A DNA stretch of 63,341 bases, the filler included, from Stramenopiles sp. TOSAG23-3 (taxonomy: Eukaryota): assembly GCA_900128585.1 (NCBI GenBank). It is 11 parts of 11 records of this genome, joined end to end, with 100 filler letters (N's around TTAATTAATTAA, not from the genome) between each part and the next. Parts side by side here need not be neighbours in the genome. Positions count along the whole stretch, not along the records: positions 20,429 to 27,125 come from LT643271.1; positions 27,226 to 33,907 come from LT643272.1; positions 34,008 to 40,688 come from LT643273.1; 8 more parts are not named here. One strand, given 5' to 3'. Positions 24,128 to 36,482 of the stretch are shown in pieces. How positions within the stretch are numbered: the stretch's first letter is position 1; every line of letters begins with the position of its first letter. The notes under the pieces are model-generated. The model did no database searches and was not told the origin of the DNA. It saw nothing but the letters and a program-made list of their open reading frames with translations. A program made the position numbers and the translations under genes.

Positions 24128-24946
24128 ATGCAAGTCTCACAACAATATGTAGTCCAACAACCGGGAGTCCAACAAGTCCAGATGGTCCAACAACAGCCGC
24201 AGCAGATTATGGTCCAACAGCAGCCCCAGCAGATTATGGTCCAACAACAGCCCCAGCAGGTTCTGATCCAACAACAACCAATGATGGTCCAACAACAACC
24301 CCAGACAATAATTGTTCAACAACAAGTCCCCCAGACATTAATTCTCACTCAACAGCAGACGTATTTTGGTGATCGTAAGGCGAAACAGAAAGGTAAGACA
24401 GCCCTGGCAAACCCATCACAAATTAAACTCCATTATAATGCTGAGCTCAAAGACATTGGGTGCTGCACAAAATGTTATCTCTTTTGTTGTTGCGGGCGTG
24501 GGTTCGACGCCAAGCGCTCTTACCTATACATTCGGGAAAACTCTATTGAGAAGAACATTGCACATGGACCAGTTTGCTGTATTTCCTGCTGTAAGATCTG
24601 CGCCCCACCTTCAGATTTTGTAACCGTTCAATACTTCGACAGGCCGCCTTGGGTGGGTAAAAACCAATGCTGTTGCTGCTGCAAATCACAACCAAAATTG
24701 GAAGTCACAAAACCGGGATGCGTGGCTTGCTTTGTACCTTTAACGTGTTGTACGCGGGAAGAAGTCATCTTTATGCCCTATGAAAAGATCCCGTGTTGTG
24801 GCTCCAACCGCATTGGTTGGTGCGAAAATTGCTGTGGGTGTTGTGGACAACGAACTGGCAACCCAATTGATTATAAAACTTTCGAACCTCAGCCGAAAAA
24901 TGCAGCTAATTTCGTTGCTGTAGCCCAGCAAGTCATGGTCCGTTAA
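24128..24946 (+). CDS. Hypothetical protein with Gln-rich repeats and a very Cys-rich domain
   Basis: 272-aa ATG ORF; QQQPQQIMV 27-nt repeats; many CC/CCC clusters. Confidence 0.7.
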   Translation: MQVSQQYVVQQPGVQQVQMVQQQPQQIMVQQQPQQIMVQQQPQQVLIQQQPMMVQQQPQTIIVQQQVPQTLILTQQQTYFGDRKAKQKGKTALANPSQIKLHYNAELKDIGCCTKCYLFCCCGRGFDAKRSYLYIRENSIEKNIAHGPVCCISCCKICAPPSDFVTVQYFDRPPWVGKNQCCCCCKSQPKLEVTKPGCVACFVPLTCCTREEVIFMPYEKIPCCGSNRIGWCENCCGCCGQRTGNPIDYKTFEPQPKNAANFVAVAQQVMVR

Positions 24947-25830
24947 AGAAACTCCGACGCCTCTTTTAAATCCTTGAGAGACGATATCCTCGTAGGGTTA
25001 AAAACCAAATATTAATAATACGATATGGATATGGCATACTTTTTAACGTATATGATAATAAGAAATATTTTTTATTACAAAAACGTATATATTTTGTAAA
25101 ATGTCTCCCTAAAAAGTCAATTTGTCAGGTAACCATGCATTTTAAAGACCTTTTTTGACAGGTTATTAAAGCGCTCTTTCAAAACAAAAAAACAAGAAAA
25201 TTGGCTGTTATTTAAGTAATTATACCGCAATATTTCCTATAAAAATTCATACTTAAATTTTAAAGAATACCAAATTATAAGTAGTTTTATAAAAAAATAC
25301 AAATACACATATGCTACCTATATAGGCTTACATCTTAGACTATATATAACTACAGAATACTTTGTATTCAAAACTATTTATATACAATACGAGGTAATAG
25401 TAATCCATGTGGAATAAATTGGAGAATTATTTTCCAAAAAAATCCAAAATAAACACGCCATCGCCACCACGCCAATTTATTTTTATTAAACCACCATGGC
25501 GGTCCCTTTAGACTTTATATAGTGTCTAGTGGTCGTCCGGTATCCGGTAGTTAGTCGTCTATTAAAAATAATAATTCTTCTTGTGAAATATATAATGAGA
25601 ATGAGAATGAATGAATGATATGATGATTGTCTTTGAATTTTTTAATGTCTACTAGTTAATGTCTACCAAATAAATAAATATTTAAAACAGCTTTGGTCTT
25701 TTTTGAATAGAAAGTTGAAGCGAAGGATTCTTGCTTGCAACGAACTCGACTCTATAGGAAACGAACTTTCAATATATACCGATCGATTGTTATACATAGT
25801 AAAGGCAAAAGGCAAGGAAGGAGGCAAAAA

Positions 25831-27081
25831 ATGGATACGGCTTCTGGGACAGAAGGAGTGGTGTTCGAGGCTGTGACGTCATTGGAGGGGAAAGTGTTGG
25901 GGGAAATTTTGGGTGGTATCAAACCTCGGATCAAGGAGAAGCACAACAGCCCAGATATCATATCGGAGGCTGTAAAGCCAGAAGTAGCGTTTGAAGTATT
26001 CGCGGGAAAACGGTACTGGGGCCGGAAGAGCGATGACTGCTCCGACAACATTGCCAGCTTGCAGCAGCAAATCTCGGAGCGCGTACTGTCGCAGCAGAGA
26101 ACGGCCGCTTCTGGATTTTCCCGGGTAGAGACCCCCATGGAAAAATACCAGAGGTTGCGGGCGGAACTGACAGAATTCGGTAATGACATCCGAGCTTTAG
26201 ATGCGGTCAGGGAGAACGGAAACGGGTCCGAGGTGGGAAAACCACTAATCGATCCAGTCCTGCCGAAGGTAAGGGAAGGGGTCACGGAGCTGCTGAAACA
26301 ACTTGCAGTGCTAGAAGGGAATCCAAGCCTGGGACCTCTTCTCCTTTCGAATAGTGATTTGGCAATTCTGTCAATAAAAGCCCAAGAGGATTTAAGTGCA
26401 AAGGTCGCTGATACCATTAAATCGATAGGAATCAAGGGAAAACCCGAGTCGAAAGAGACGCCACAGGACAATAGTAGTGCAGAAATCAAAGCTACCGTGC
26501 ATAACATGACCTTGGAGTCCAGGATAGCCCGCCTTGAGGCAGTCTTGGGACAAGCGGCCTCGGCGAGCTCCACTTTGCAAAACCCCCTACAAAAGAGTGG
26601 CAATGGCAACACGAATTTATTTGCCGCCGTAGATGCCTTGGAAGAGAAGCTTCGAATGCTGGAACCTGGGCGTTTAGATGCTATCCACCGCCGAGCAAAA
26701 ATATTATCCTCTGAGCTGGACGCAATTGGGAAGAAAATGAAACGGTATGGGTCAGGTATGAAGACTGGTGGCACAGACCAAGAGAAGGGGAAAATTTTAT
26801 CAATGTACGATAAAATGATGAAATGGGACGATGTGTGTGAGGAATTGCCATTGGTTATAGACCGGCTCAGGTCGGTCAGTGCAATCCATAAGCAGGCTGT
26901 CGAATTTGACGAGCGCATTAGCAGAATGGAATCCATCCAGGAAACTCTCAGCAATGATTTGAAAGTGGACGAACAAGTCGTTAAGAATTTAGAGGCCTCT
27001 CTTGTTGAGAATGCAGAACTAATGGGGAAAAACATGGCACTTTTGGATGGACGCTTCCAGGAGTTGGCAAAGCAATTTTGA
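25831..27081 (+). CDS. DCTN2: Dynactin subunit 2 (dynamitin/p50)
   Basis: ETPMEKYQRLRAEL, LESRIARLEAVLG, KILSMYD..KWD....LPLVIDRL...IHKQA; coiled coil. Confidence 0.85.
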   Translation: MDTASGTEGVVFEAVTSLEGKVLGEILGGIKPRIKEKHNSPDIISEAVKPEVAFEVFAGKRYWGRKSDDCSDNIASLQQQISERVLSQQRTAASGFSRVETPMEKYQRLRAELTEFGNDIRALDAVRENGNGSEVGKPLIDPVLPKVREGVTELLKQLAVLEGNPSLGPLLLSNSDLAILSIKAQEDLSAKVADTIKSIGIKGKPESKETPQDNSSAEIKATVHNMTLESRIARLEAVLGQAASASSTLQNPLQKSGNGNTNLFAAVDALEEKLRMLEPGRLDAIHRRAKILSSELDAIGKKMKRYGSGMKTGGTDQEKGKILSMYDKMMKWDDVCEELPLVIDRLRSVSAIHKQAVEFDERISRMESIQETLSNDLKVDEQVVKNLEASLVENAELMGKNMALLDGRFQELAKQF

Positions 27082-27225
27082 CCATCCTTTCGAAAGAAAA
27101 GTTTCGAAAGAAAAGTACATTGATTNNNNNNNNNNNNNNNNNNNNNNNNNNNNNNNNNNNNNNNNNNNNTTAATTAATTAANNNNNNNNNNNNNNNNNNN
27201 NNNNNNNNNNNNNNNNNNNNNNNNN

Positions 27226-27414
27226 GAAGAAGAAGAAGAAGAAGAAGAAGAAGAAGAAAGAAGAAGAAAGAAGAAGAAAGAAGAAGAAGAAGAAAGAAGA
27301 AGAAGAAGAAAGAAGAAGAGCAAGAGAAAAGAAGAACGAAAGAAGAAGAAGAAGAAAGAAGAAGAAGAAGAAAGAAGAAGAAGAAGAAAGAAGAAGAAGA
27401 AGAAGAGGAGAGGA
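27226..27414. repeat. (GAA)n low-complexity tract
   Basis: Direct reading; similar tracts at 47558-47630 and (TTTC)n at 61072-61148. Confidence 0.9.
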
Positions 27415-27706
27415 GTAACGAATAATTAATAATAATATTATAATTAAATAAAAAAAATAAAAAATACAAAAATAATAAAAAAAGAAATAATAATAAAATG
27501 GAGGAGGATTTTTTCGGTATAATAGAGTATAAAATGTTTATAATATATAGATTGATAAAAAAAATTTAAATGGCAAATGTATATCCTATTTAATTCATCC
27601 AGGAACCAATCAAATGTTTTTAAAAAAAGAAACAGGCACGTAGATATATTAGGTCAACGTGAAACCTGGTACGAATTCAGAACGGTCTTCTCGAAAGTGC
27701 ATTGAA

Positions 27707-30097
27707 ATGGATTTAATATCTTCGCCGAAAACCCGGGCAGAATTGCCGGTAACTTTTGCATGGCTTGCCGATACAGCCATTGCAAAGGCAAATAAACTTC
27801 AAGAGAAGGTCGGGCGCCTCCGGGTTATCAATGACTTGGTTTCAGAGGCAGAAAAAAAGGCAGGAAGCCCGCAAATTCGTCCTGGGGCAAACAACGTAGA
27901 GAAGAGGTTTGTAAGGGACGGCTTCGACGACTACGAGTACAACGAATCTCAAATATCAACTGAATGTTTGACACTGCAGTCGAAGACCTCTTCGCTGCAG
28001 CACAAGGTGATGAAAACAAAGTTTCAGATGCAAAGTTTAAACAGCCACATTCAACAGGCTGAAAAGCGCATTAAACATTTCGAACATCTTAGTGATGAAA
28101 ATTTTTCTCGGTCAGAGGAAGGGAGCGCAAAAATAAAGGAGGTGTCTAGTTTGATCCTGGGTGAGAGCAAAAGACATGAAGATTTGAAAAAACAAATTTT
28201 TGCAATACAAACTGAAATTAGAAAATGTAGATGGAGAAAGGCTTTTGTGCGCACAAAAATGGAAATGTATGAACGTCGTGCTGGAGATGAACAGAAAGCG
28301 ATGGAAGACACCGTTGGCGAGTGCGAGGAAGTTTACTCGAGCCACGCTGACGAAATCGCACTGTGCGAGACTAAAGAGCGCACCGTTAAGAACGTGCTGG
28401 GCACACTTGCCCAAAATAAGAAAAGGAAGACTGTGTTGCAGAATAAAATCAGCGTTTCTAGAAAAGAATATGATTTATTGTTGAAGGAAGTTTCAAGCAT
28501 AAAGCGAAAAGAACAAGGACTGCAAATGTCTTTGACGTCAACAAAGAAGGGTTTAACTGCAGTTCACAACAGCAATTCTCACTCTGATACCAAACACAGC
28601 CTCAAAATCAAAAGCTTGCAGAGCGATTTGGATGAGTTTATAAAAACAATTAAGTCTGCAGAGAGTGAGACTGCTAAAAGAGAACATGAACTTTTAGCCC
28701 TTAACGAGATGTCTGAAGAATCCCGTGAAAAATGTCTGAGCTTTGAGCGAATGGCAGATGGCTTAGTACAAGACATAGAATCCCTGAAAGAAGTGAATCT
28801 TGGACTATTAGAAAGAAGAGAAAGCTTAGAAAGTGCAATAATGCGAGGCAAAACATCTGAAACTGAAACTTGCGAAATTGAAGATAGAAACACGGCCAAA
28901 GCCCAGGCTCTTAATGAAAACTGCAAAGCTGCTATCAGTGCTATAAACCTCGAGCGAGGCCGTGTGCACGAGTTGATGACTGAAGCCAAACATTCGAAGA
29001 AGGAAATGACGCGCCTTTTAGCATCTGAAAAGCGAGCGATTCAAAAGCGGGAAGAGATACTAGCAAACGTCCGTAAGCTTGATGACCAAATTAGAAAGCA
29101 AGTCACCCTCTACGCCTCAGAGCAAAATTCTATTGCTCTAGAACCTTTTTCTGCTTCATCTTCACAGCCGTCTCTGGAAGATAAACTTGAAACAGCAAAA
29201 ATATCTGTCGAAGAGCTCAAAGTCAACTTAAAGAGGGCAATTGAAAATAAAGCAGCGCTTGAAAATTCTAGAATGGAGTCTACTGATTTATTACAGAAAC
29301 AAATCCAACGAAATAAACAAAATGTATCGAAAAAAGAACTTGCATCCAGGAACCACAAAGAATTGATTGCGACCACTCAGAGGCTTAACGACGAAATATC
29401 AAAATTAACCAAAAATTTATCCTTGTCTAAAGTCAGTTTGAAAAACTTTAAAAGCGATGCAGACAAAAGGAAGTCGGCGTCGAGCAGCGTGGGCGATGAT
29501 GACGCAGAATCAAATAAGTACAGATTAGAAACAGAAAGATTGAACGAAGTCAGTGGCAATAACAAGCATGAATCCAACTTGGTCCGTGGTTTTGCGCTGG
29601 AGCAAGCCAAGCAGATTTGTTACACCTCCATAAAGCTTTCGAAACTATCTCATGCTGCGATTGATGCGATGATTGATTGCAGCAAGATGGTACGATATCC
29701 TGCAAACGCAACTATTATACAGCAAGGAGAATTTGGCAGAAAAGTTTTCATTATTGCAGCTGGAGAAGTAGCATTGGCCCGGAAAGAACGTGACGGATCG
29801 GAACATTTATTGGTTACCCGCGTAGCCGGTGAATACTTTGGGGAGTTCTGTTTATTTAATGCTGACATTCCGAGAACGGCGTCCGCGGTGACAAAGCAAC
29901 CGAGTCTCTTAATTGTAATGGACAAATTGGAATATGAAAAATTGAACAAATTGTTTCATGAAACATTCGAAGGAGTGTTTTTGGTGCCTACCAGTGTTAA
30001 TCAGCGGTCACGATCAAGAGCATCAACTAGATCCGCGTTTTCACCTCGGCACAGTCGAAAGTATTCGAGAGTTACCAAGGCTCCAAGCATAGGATGA
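27707..30097 (+). CDS. Long coiled-coil protein with C-terminal cyclic-nucleotide-binding domain
   Basis: About 600 aa of heptad-rich sequence, then IIQQGE.G..VFIIAAGEV...GEYFGE....PRTASA. Confidence 0.8.
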   Translation: MDLISSPKTRAELPVTFAWLADTAIAKANKLQEKVGRLRVINDLVSEAEKKAGSPQIRPGANNVEKRFVRDGFDDYEYNESQISTECLTLQSKTSSLQHKVMKTKFQMQSLNSHIQQAEKRIKHFEHLSDENFSRSEEGSAKIKEVSSLILGESKRHEDLKKQIFAIQTEIRKCRWRKAFVRTKMEMYERRAGDEQKAMEDTVGECEEVYSSHADEIALCETKERTVKNVLGTLAQNKKRKTVLQNKISVSRKEYDLLLKEVSSIKRKEQGLQMSLTSTKKGLTAVHNSNSHSDTKHSLKIKSLQSDLDEFIKTIKSAESETAKREHELLALNEMSEESREKCLSFERMADGLVQDIESLKEVNLGLLERRESLESAIMRGKTSETETCEIEDRNTAKAQALNENCKAAISAINLERGRVHELMTEAKHSKKEMTRLLASEKRAIQKREEILANVRKLDDQIRKQVTLYASEQNSIALEPFSASSSQPSLEDKLETAKISVEELKVNLKRAIENKAALENSRMESTDLLQKQIQRNKQNVSKKELASRNHKELIATTQRLNDEISKLTKNLSLSKVSLKNFKSDADKRKSASSSVGDDDAESNKYRLETERLNEVSGNNKHESNLVRGFALEQAKQICYTSIKLSKLSHAAIDAMIDCSKMVRYPANATIIQQGEFGRKVFIIAAGEVALARKERDGSEHLLVTRVAGEYFGEFCLFNADIPRTASAVTKQPSLLIVMDKLEYEKLNKLFHETFEGVFLVPTSVNQRSRSRASTRSAFSPRHSRKYSRVTKAPSIG

Positions 30098-30454
30098 AAA
30101 ATGATTACTCTTACTAGTAATTCTTAAGAATCTTTTAAATGTTTTTAAAAAAACAAATTTATATAAGATAGTATCCATATGCATGTTTTTAAAAACAAAT
30201 TATAAAAAAAAACTATCAAAAATAAAAAAAACTATATCAAAAATAAAAAAAAACTAATGATAGAACCAAGTTAGAACTAATGATATAGTATGTTTTAAGA
30301 CTCTCAAGATTATCCCAATTGTAGATAAAAACAAATTATATAGTATGCATGTTTTTAAAAACAAACAATGTTTTTAATATTCTGCATTCAGTTAAAATTA
30401 TATACTTCGTAAGCTTACGGGACGAATTTCTAGTGCTGCATTGAACCAATGATA

Positions 30455-30901
30455 TTACTCTATCTCCCCTTCTGCTTTCGTTGATGTGTACTCCGGTGGG
30501 TTCTGCGGGGAAAACTCTAACGGCATGCCAAATTTTGTTTTCTTGACATTTTGCCAGGACTCTTTGGGGTTCTTTCTCGCCGGTACAGGCACACCTACGT
30601 CTTGTAACGATGGCCGAAGCAATCGCCAACTCTGCCTAACAGATTTAGGAATGTAATACTCTGAGTCTTTGTCCATATCGCTTCGATAGTATGGCGATGA
30701 TCTACTTTCCCATGTTTCAGGGATTTTCGGGTGAGCGTGGGACATGTATGTTACGTCCACAGCACTTCCACTTCCACTTCCGGAACCAGGCGGGGCACTG
30801 TTCTCACCCGATTCCTGAGAAAGGAGTCTCAAACGCCGAGCATGACCCCATATCACCATACCAAGTAATACAAAGGCCGTCAAGAAATTGAACCCATGCA
30901 T
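30455..30901 (-). CDS. Small putative secreted hypothetical protein
   Basis: 148 aa; hydrophobic N-terminus followed by RRLR; coding-like composition. Confidence 0.55.
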   Translation of the reverse strand: MHGFNFLTAFVLLGMVIWGHARRLRLLSQESGENSAPPGSGSGSGSAVDVTYMSHAHPKIPETWESRSSPYYRSDMDKDSEYYIPKSVRQSWRLLRPSLQDVGVPVPARKNPKESWQNVKKTKFGMPLEFSPQNPPEYTSTKAEGEIE

Positions 30902-31430
30902 GTTTTAATCTATCAATTTATGAATTATTGTTTGTGCCTAATTTTTTGCACACCGGTTTCAGAGTGGTAAAGGTATACCGGTCCGCTGCGATACAATATT
31001 GATTCTACTGTAAGAATCAGGGGAAATATATATTTGGCCCTAATGCAAACGACCTATTTTCACAAATTGATTTCGACACGTACGTGATCGTACATAAGAT
31101 TTGATCATACCTACACCTCGAATACATTTTATTGTCAGTTTCATAATCGCATTTGTCACAAGAAAAAAGTAAAAATTATTAAAAAGACTGACTGACACAA
31201 CAATTAATATGACTCAATAATAAAATATATAATCTCCCTCCCTCCTCCTCCCTCCTCTTCCTCCCCCCCCCCCCCCCCCCTATATATAGGATTATTATTA
31301 GTATCCTAATATTAGTACTTAAAATTATTCCTAATCTACGTATATTTGTATTCGCATACTCTTGGTAGGTACTACCGATCGTCATGACATCCGTACAGTA
31401 CGAGCATTTTTAAGATTTAGACTTTTCGAT

Positions 31431-32607
31431 TCATGCCTTGTCTGTTGGGTTTACCCCCGCCATCGAGAGCCCATTTTCGGGCAATCTTTCCATGCTGACA
31501 TCCCCGCGGTGCCCGTTGCGGCGCAAGTAACGAACAAACACTTCTCCGTAAATATAACCCCAGATGACAGTGAGATAAGCACCCATCCAGTATGCAGTTT
31601 CAGGGGCGATACCAAACCCTGTCAATACGGCCGGCAAGAACCGAAAGGGGATAGCTGAAAACGTTAATGTATATTGGCGTATCATGTACCTGAAAGAGAT
31701 GAGGGGGGAAGAGGAGGTGGTTAGCTTTGGGGGTGTTGTGCCGGGCCGAGGGGTGGTGGGTCGATACGTACTCCTTGTGCAAGTGCCAACGTCCATTTCT
31801 TATATGGTAAATTGCAATAGCAAGATAAATGATCCATCCAAACGCCAGCACGGTAAAGCCGATCGCGACCAGTGCTCCACTCGTTGTTTGGCTGATTAGC
31901 ATCCCGGCACCGACGGTACCAACAACAACAGATATGGCGTACAGGTAACCCATGATACGGTGGATTGTGGCGTACTTCTTGCGGAACGCTCCCCAGAACT
32001 GAAAGGGGCCTAGTGCCAGGCTGGTCACTGCACCAGCGGCATGGGTGTACAAGGCCATGGGCTTGTTTAGAAAACTGCCCAACACATGGCATGTTTTGTC
32101 TTTTTCCACGAACGGGTGTGCGGCGCCGCACTCGGTCAAATTATGAATCAGCTCAGGTTTCAAATTGTACACCTTTTCGCACACAAACTCCACACCCGCA
32201 AGCCAGCGATATGCCCATAGTACGTTCACAATGAACATGGTCCAGAAGAAACTGTTGGCAAGTGTCGTAGCGTAGGGGCCAAAGTAGTGGCTGAAAGAAG
32301 CTGGCGTCGGTGTGGTTACGGTTTTGTCCGGGGTCAGCGTGGGGTTCCACCAGTGCGCAAGGTACAAGAGAGTGCTAAACAGCAGCAGGCCCGCGTTGGC
32401 CAGCCCAGTTGGCATTGAAATTTGCACCGCAAACACGAGGCAGGCACAAAACATCCCGGCAGGGACCATCAACAAATATTTCCCAAGAGAACTGGGCACC
32501 GGCAAAGGACTGGCTTCGGAAATGCTTGCGGCATCATATGCCTTCGCTTTCCTGGCCGTGTCGCCCCATGTGTTCCTGGACTCATTCTTCATATTCTCAT
32601 TCTTCAT
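31431..32607 (-). CDS. DUF2306-like multi-pass membrane protein; intron 31690-31771
   Basis: LGPFQFW..FRKKY..IHR.MGYLY; splicing an 82-nt GTACGT...GCTAAC...TTTCAG intron gives HKE-YMIRQYTLTFSAIPFR. Confidence 0.8.
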
Positions 32608-33489
32608 ATTGAAACATGTTTTAATGACAAATGGTTGTCGAGACTATTAATAATACTAAACGTGTTGTTTTTCCAGACACAATCGCTCCCAAAATATCGT
32701 CACTCAACACACAAACCACTTCACCCTCGCCCCCCCCCCCAACCGTCAGTAGTAGTATCGACGATATTTGAAGTTGTTGGATCCAAAATAATATAATAGT
32801 AGTTGCTCATGCTGTGTGGAGTGTGGAGTATGAAGGCGGTGGTGCGATATGTACCCAACTCCGAATCACTTTAAAATAGTTTTATTTTAAATTATATAGA
32901 AGAAGCAAGAAGCAAATAAATCACAGGTGACAGCGACAGCACATTCCCCTTTTAGTTCCTGTTAATTGTTTTGATGCTGTGCTTATATTAGGGACCCTCA
33001 CTCTCTATTAGATACCTCGGTACTGTATTGGTATTACTAATAGTCAACACCATATCTAACCCTAATCCTTACCCTAAACCTAAGATAGCATAAACACAAC
33101 AGGAGCATTAATTAAAGTAAAATAGCATTGTAATAATGTTCCCATTTGTGTTCAAGTTTTTTTGTTAGAATAAGCGTAACTCTAGCTAAGCAGCTATAAG
33201 TGGAAGAAGAAGAAAAAATATGATGATGCGTTCAACACAAATTATTATTATTTGCATCATATTTTTTTTAAATAAAATATAAGCTACACATTTAAATAAA
33301 TAGAAGATAGATTTTTTTAAGTCCTGCACAATGCAAGATTGCAAAGAAAAGTTCGATCAACGTCTCTAGAGCGAAGTAGATGCATGATGACATTACGGTT
33401 TGCGTTAAACTATGATAAAAGGTCGAGTTTCAGATCCCACTTCACTTCTTTACGATACTTAGTTTTAGTTGCGTCGGAAAAACGACAAT

Positions 33490-33907
33490 ATGGCAGACCA
33501 CGGGGGTGCGCCACAGTCTGGTGGCGAAGTAAATGCGAAAATCAGGCAATTAACATCGCCAGACATGGTAACGTTTCTCCGTCTAGAACCAAATGTGGAT
33601 TCGGTGAATGACCAAAATAAGCCGGGGCTAAAGCCAGATGATCAAGTTAAGAAGGAAGATTCTGATGAGAACGGAACCCAAGGTCAACCAAATTTAAAGC
33701 CCTCGGGATGGAGAACGAGCAAACAATCTCCCCCGGATATTAGTGATGTGACATCGTGGGGTCTGCGAACTATCCTTGGGCCATTTAAGCAAAACGAACG
33801 AATCATTGATTCATATGGAGATATGTCCGAAGAGCCGATAGACCGACGAACGCACGAATCATCCTACCAGGTCCCGTTACCGATATATAACTTGGGAAAA
33901 CTTGGCT
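33490..33907 (+). CDS. Hypothetical protein, 3'-truncated
   Basis: ATG ORF open to the contig end; no recognisable motif. Confidence 0.45.
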
Positions 33908-34946
33908 NNNNNNNNNNNNNNNNNNNNNNNNNNNNNNNNNNNNNNNNNNNNTTAATTAATTAANNNNNNNNNNNNNNNNNNNNNNNNNNNNNNNNNNNNN
34001 NNNNNNNATTTTAGATATTTAGATAGGTGAACAATTTAAACTCAATACAATATTAATATAAACTAGACTATACATTTATTAGTTTAGTTTATCATAGTCT
34101 AGCTATATTTATATTCAATATAGGTAGGGGTGAGGGGTGAGGGGTGAGGGGAGGTCGAGTAAAGGTATTGTCCAATATATAGTGGATATAGCCTCTCTCT
34201 TTCTTTCTTTTCTTGTCGATAAAATCTACACAGCTTAAATATAACTCTATCCAAGTGATTCCATTTTTTAAGTTATTATTATTGCTTTAAAATATAGGTA
34301 TTATTATTATATTACCTTACACAGCATCTTCTAAATATTCTAACTCCAAACAACCATCGCTCAATTTTTTTTTTTAATTATTTTTTTATTTTATTTCATC
34401 ATTTTGGAATAGTATTATAATAATAGGTACACAGCAAATAGATTAACTCCAATTTTTTTATTTCTTCTTCATATTTTATTATTATTATTCATCAACTCGA
34501 GCGTTTTGTTTTATTTATTGTTTAATGTTGTGTACCTGTATTAATCTGAATACCATACCCTTTTTTCTTTCTTTCTTCTTTTTTTTTTTTTTTGGATATT
34601 ATTATTATTTACCAACTTGGTACAGGTACACAGCATTGTTGTCATCTATTGTAGATTTTTTAATTTTAACTATTTAGCTATTACACTAAAGTCGTCTCTT
34701 TTTGTTGTCCTATTACGTTATATTTTTGAAGAAGTGTGGATGGATGGCATTGAACTGCAAGTGAGTATGATTTTGATCCCAGGGATGTTTCTTACAATAT
34801 AGAAAGATATGGAAGAGAAATTGTATTTGTTCTGCTCTGATCCTCATGAGCACAATCATTTAACGGAAACGTAACAAAACGCATTAAAACGAACGATTCG
34901 ATTTATTTCAACCTTTTACTATATACATTACTTTTGAACCATAATC

Positions 34947-36482
34947 ATGAGTTTCACGGAAAATCCAGATTTTGACTTCAACCGGTTTGCAAACAACCGG
35001 AACTACACGGACACGTCTCTGACGACCCTCTTGAAGATTACCATTGAGCGCTGCAACGGCTTGAAAGACGTTGACTTTATGGGGAAAAGCGATCCGTACT
35101 GCATTCTTGAAGGCTTCAACGGCCATTCCATCCCAGGCCCGAACTGGGAGTCGGCCTCGGGAAGGGCCAAAGGACGGGTCATTGACGACAACCTAGACCC
35201 AGAGTTCAACGAAGACTACTACTTCCTTGTGGACGACGACGTCACCCGCTGCAAGCTGATTGTCAAAGACGACGGAGTGGTCGACACGAAAATCGGAAGC
35301 CAGATGCTTGACCTGTCCACGGGCGTCGAGGGCGGCGGCACCATCAACCTCGTCCCCCAAGGCACGTGCACCTTCACCTTCCGCCGCGCCCCCTTGTACA
35401 AGGCCCTGACCATGAAAGAAACCTCCACGGACAACTGGGTCGACACCGCCAAGCACCCTACGCGAATGCAGCAGGTGATCTGCATCTGTCCCCTCGCAGC
35501 CAAAGACTTGGCCGACGAAAAGCAGCAGTACTACTGCAAAATATCAGATTTTCGAAATGCCAGTGGCAACCCCATGGCGGTAGACGGGGGCACGAAGCAC
35601 TCCGGCGACGCCCGGGGGACGTTTTCCAAGACCGAGGTCTACGAGAGCAGCGACGGCATTGCGGAATGGGACGAGTCCTTCGTCTTTCTTGCGCCAGCAA
35701 AGGACCGCGAAGGGCCGCAGAGCTGCATGGTGTCTGTGTACGACAAAGACATGATCGGCTCGGACGACGTCATTGGCCAAGCCCGGCTAAGTTTCGACGA
35801 TAGAAACAACTTCATCGACATCACCATGGAGCCCAAAGGGGTCCTCAAGCTCCAATACGCCACCGTCGACATCGACGTCGGCATCACGTACGACGCCGGG
35901 GAAGAGCGGGCCGCGATCGAGGCCGCGCTGGCGGCGAAGGCAGAGGCGGCGCGCCAAGAGGCCGAAGCCGAGGCGGCGCGAGTCGAGGCCGCCCTCAAGG
36001 CCGAGGCAGAACGCCGGGCCGCAGAGTTTGCCGCCGCGGAAGCGAAAAGGAAGGCGGAGGAGGAAGCCAAGCGTCTGGAGGAGGAACGGATCGCAGCGGA
36101 AGAAGCCGCTGCCGCGGAACAAAAGCGGCTGGAAGAACTTGCGGCGGCCGAGGCCGCGGCGGAAGAGGCCGAGCGTCTGCGTGCAGAGGCGGAAGCCAAG
36201 CGAAAAGCGGCAGAAGAAGAAAATGCCAGACGTCTGGCCGAGGCGGAAGAAAAGAGAAAGGCAGCCGAAGCCGAGACCGCGCGCTTGCAGAAAGAGGCAG
36301 AGGAGAAGGCGGAGGCGGAAAGAAAGGCGAAAGAGGCCGAATTCAATGCCCAGCGGGAGGCTGAAAAGGCCCGCGAAGCGGCGGCGGCGGCGGCCCGTGC
36401 GGCCTCGCAAAAGGCGGCTGAAGCGGCCGCGGCCGCAAAGGCTGCCATGGCGTCGGTACGAATCCCTAAGTTTGGGTGGTAA
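34947..36482 (+). CDS. Tandem C2-domain protein with Ala/Glu/Lys/Arg-rich helical tail
   Basis: LKDVDFMGKSDPYC, DNLDPEFNE, WDESF, VSVYDKDMIGSDDVIG; long EAE/RKA tail. Confidence 0.85.
   Translation: MSFTENPDFDFNRFANNRNYTDTSLTTLLKITIERCNGLKDVDFMGKSDPYCILEGFNGHSIPGPNWESASGRAKGRVIDDNLDPEFNEDYYFLVDDDVTRCKLIVKDDGVVDTKIGSQMLDLSTGVEGGGTINLVPQGTCTFTFRRAPLYKALTMKETSTDNWVDTAKHPTRMQQVICICPLAAKDLADEKQQYYCKISDFRNASGNPMAVDGGTKHSGDARGTFSKTEVYESSDGIAEWDESFVFLAPAKDREGPQSCMVSVYDKDMIGSDDVIGQARLSFDDRNNFIDITMEPKGVLKLQYATVDIDVGITYDAGEERAAIEAALAAKAEAARQEAEAEAARVEAALKAEAERRAAEFAAAEAKRKAEEEAKRLEEERIAAEEAAAAEQKRLEELAAAEAAAEEAERLRAEAEAKRKAAEEENARRLAEAEEKRKAAEAETARLQKEAEEKAEAERKAKEAEFNAQREAEKAREAAAAAARAASQKAAEAAAAAKAAMASVRIPKFGW

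Noticed and set aside
25752-27035. 427-aa ORF antisense to dynamitin
   Set aside because: Ser/Phe-rich mirror of a coiled-coil sequence; no independent coding signal
33055-33085. Telomere-like CCCTAA motifs (also AAACCCTA at 363)
   Set aside because: Too short and degenerate to call a telomere or telo-box
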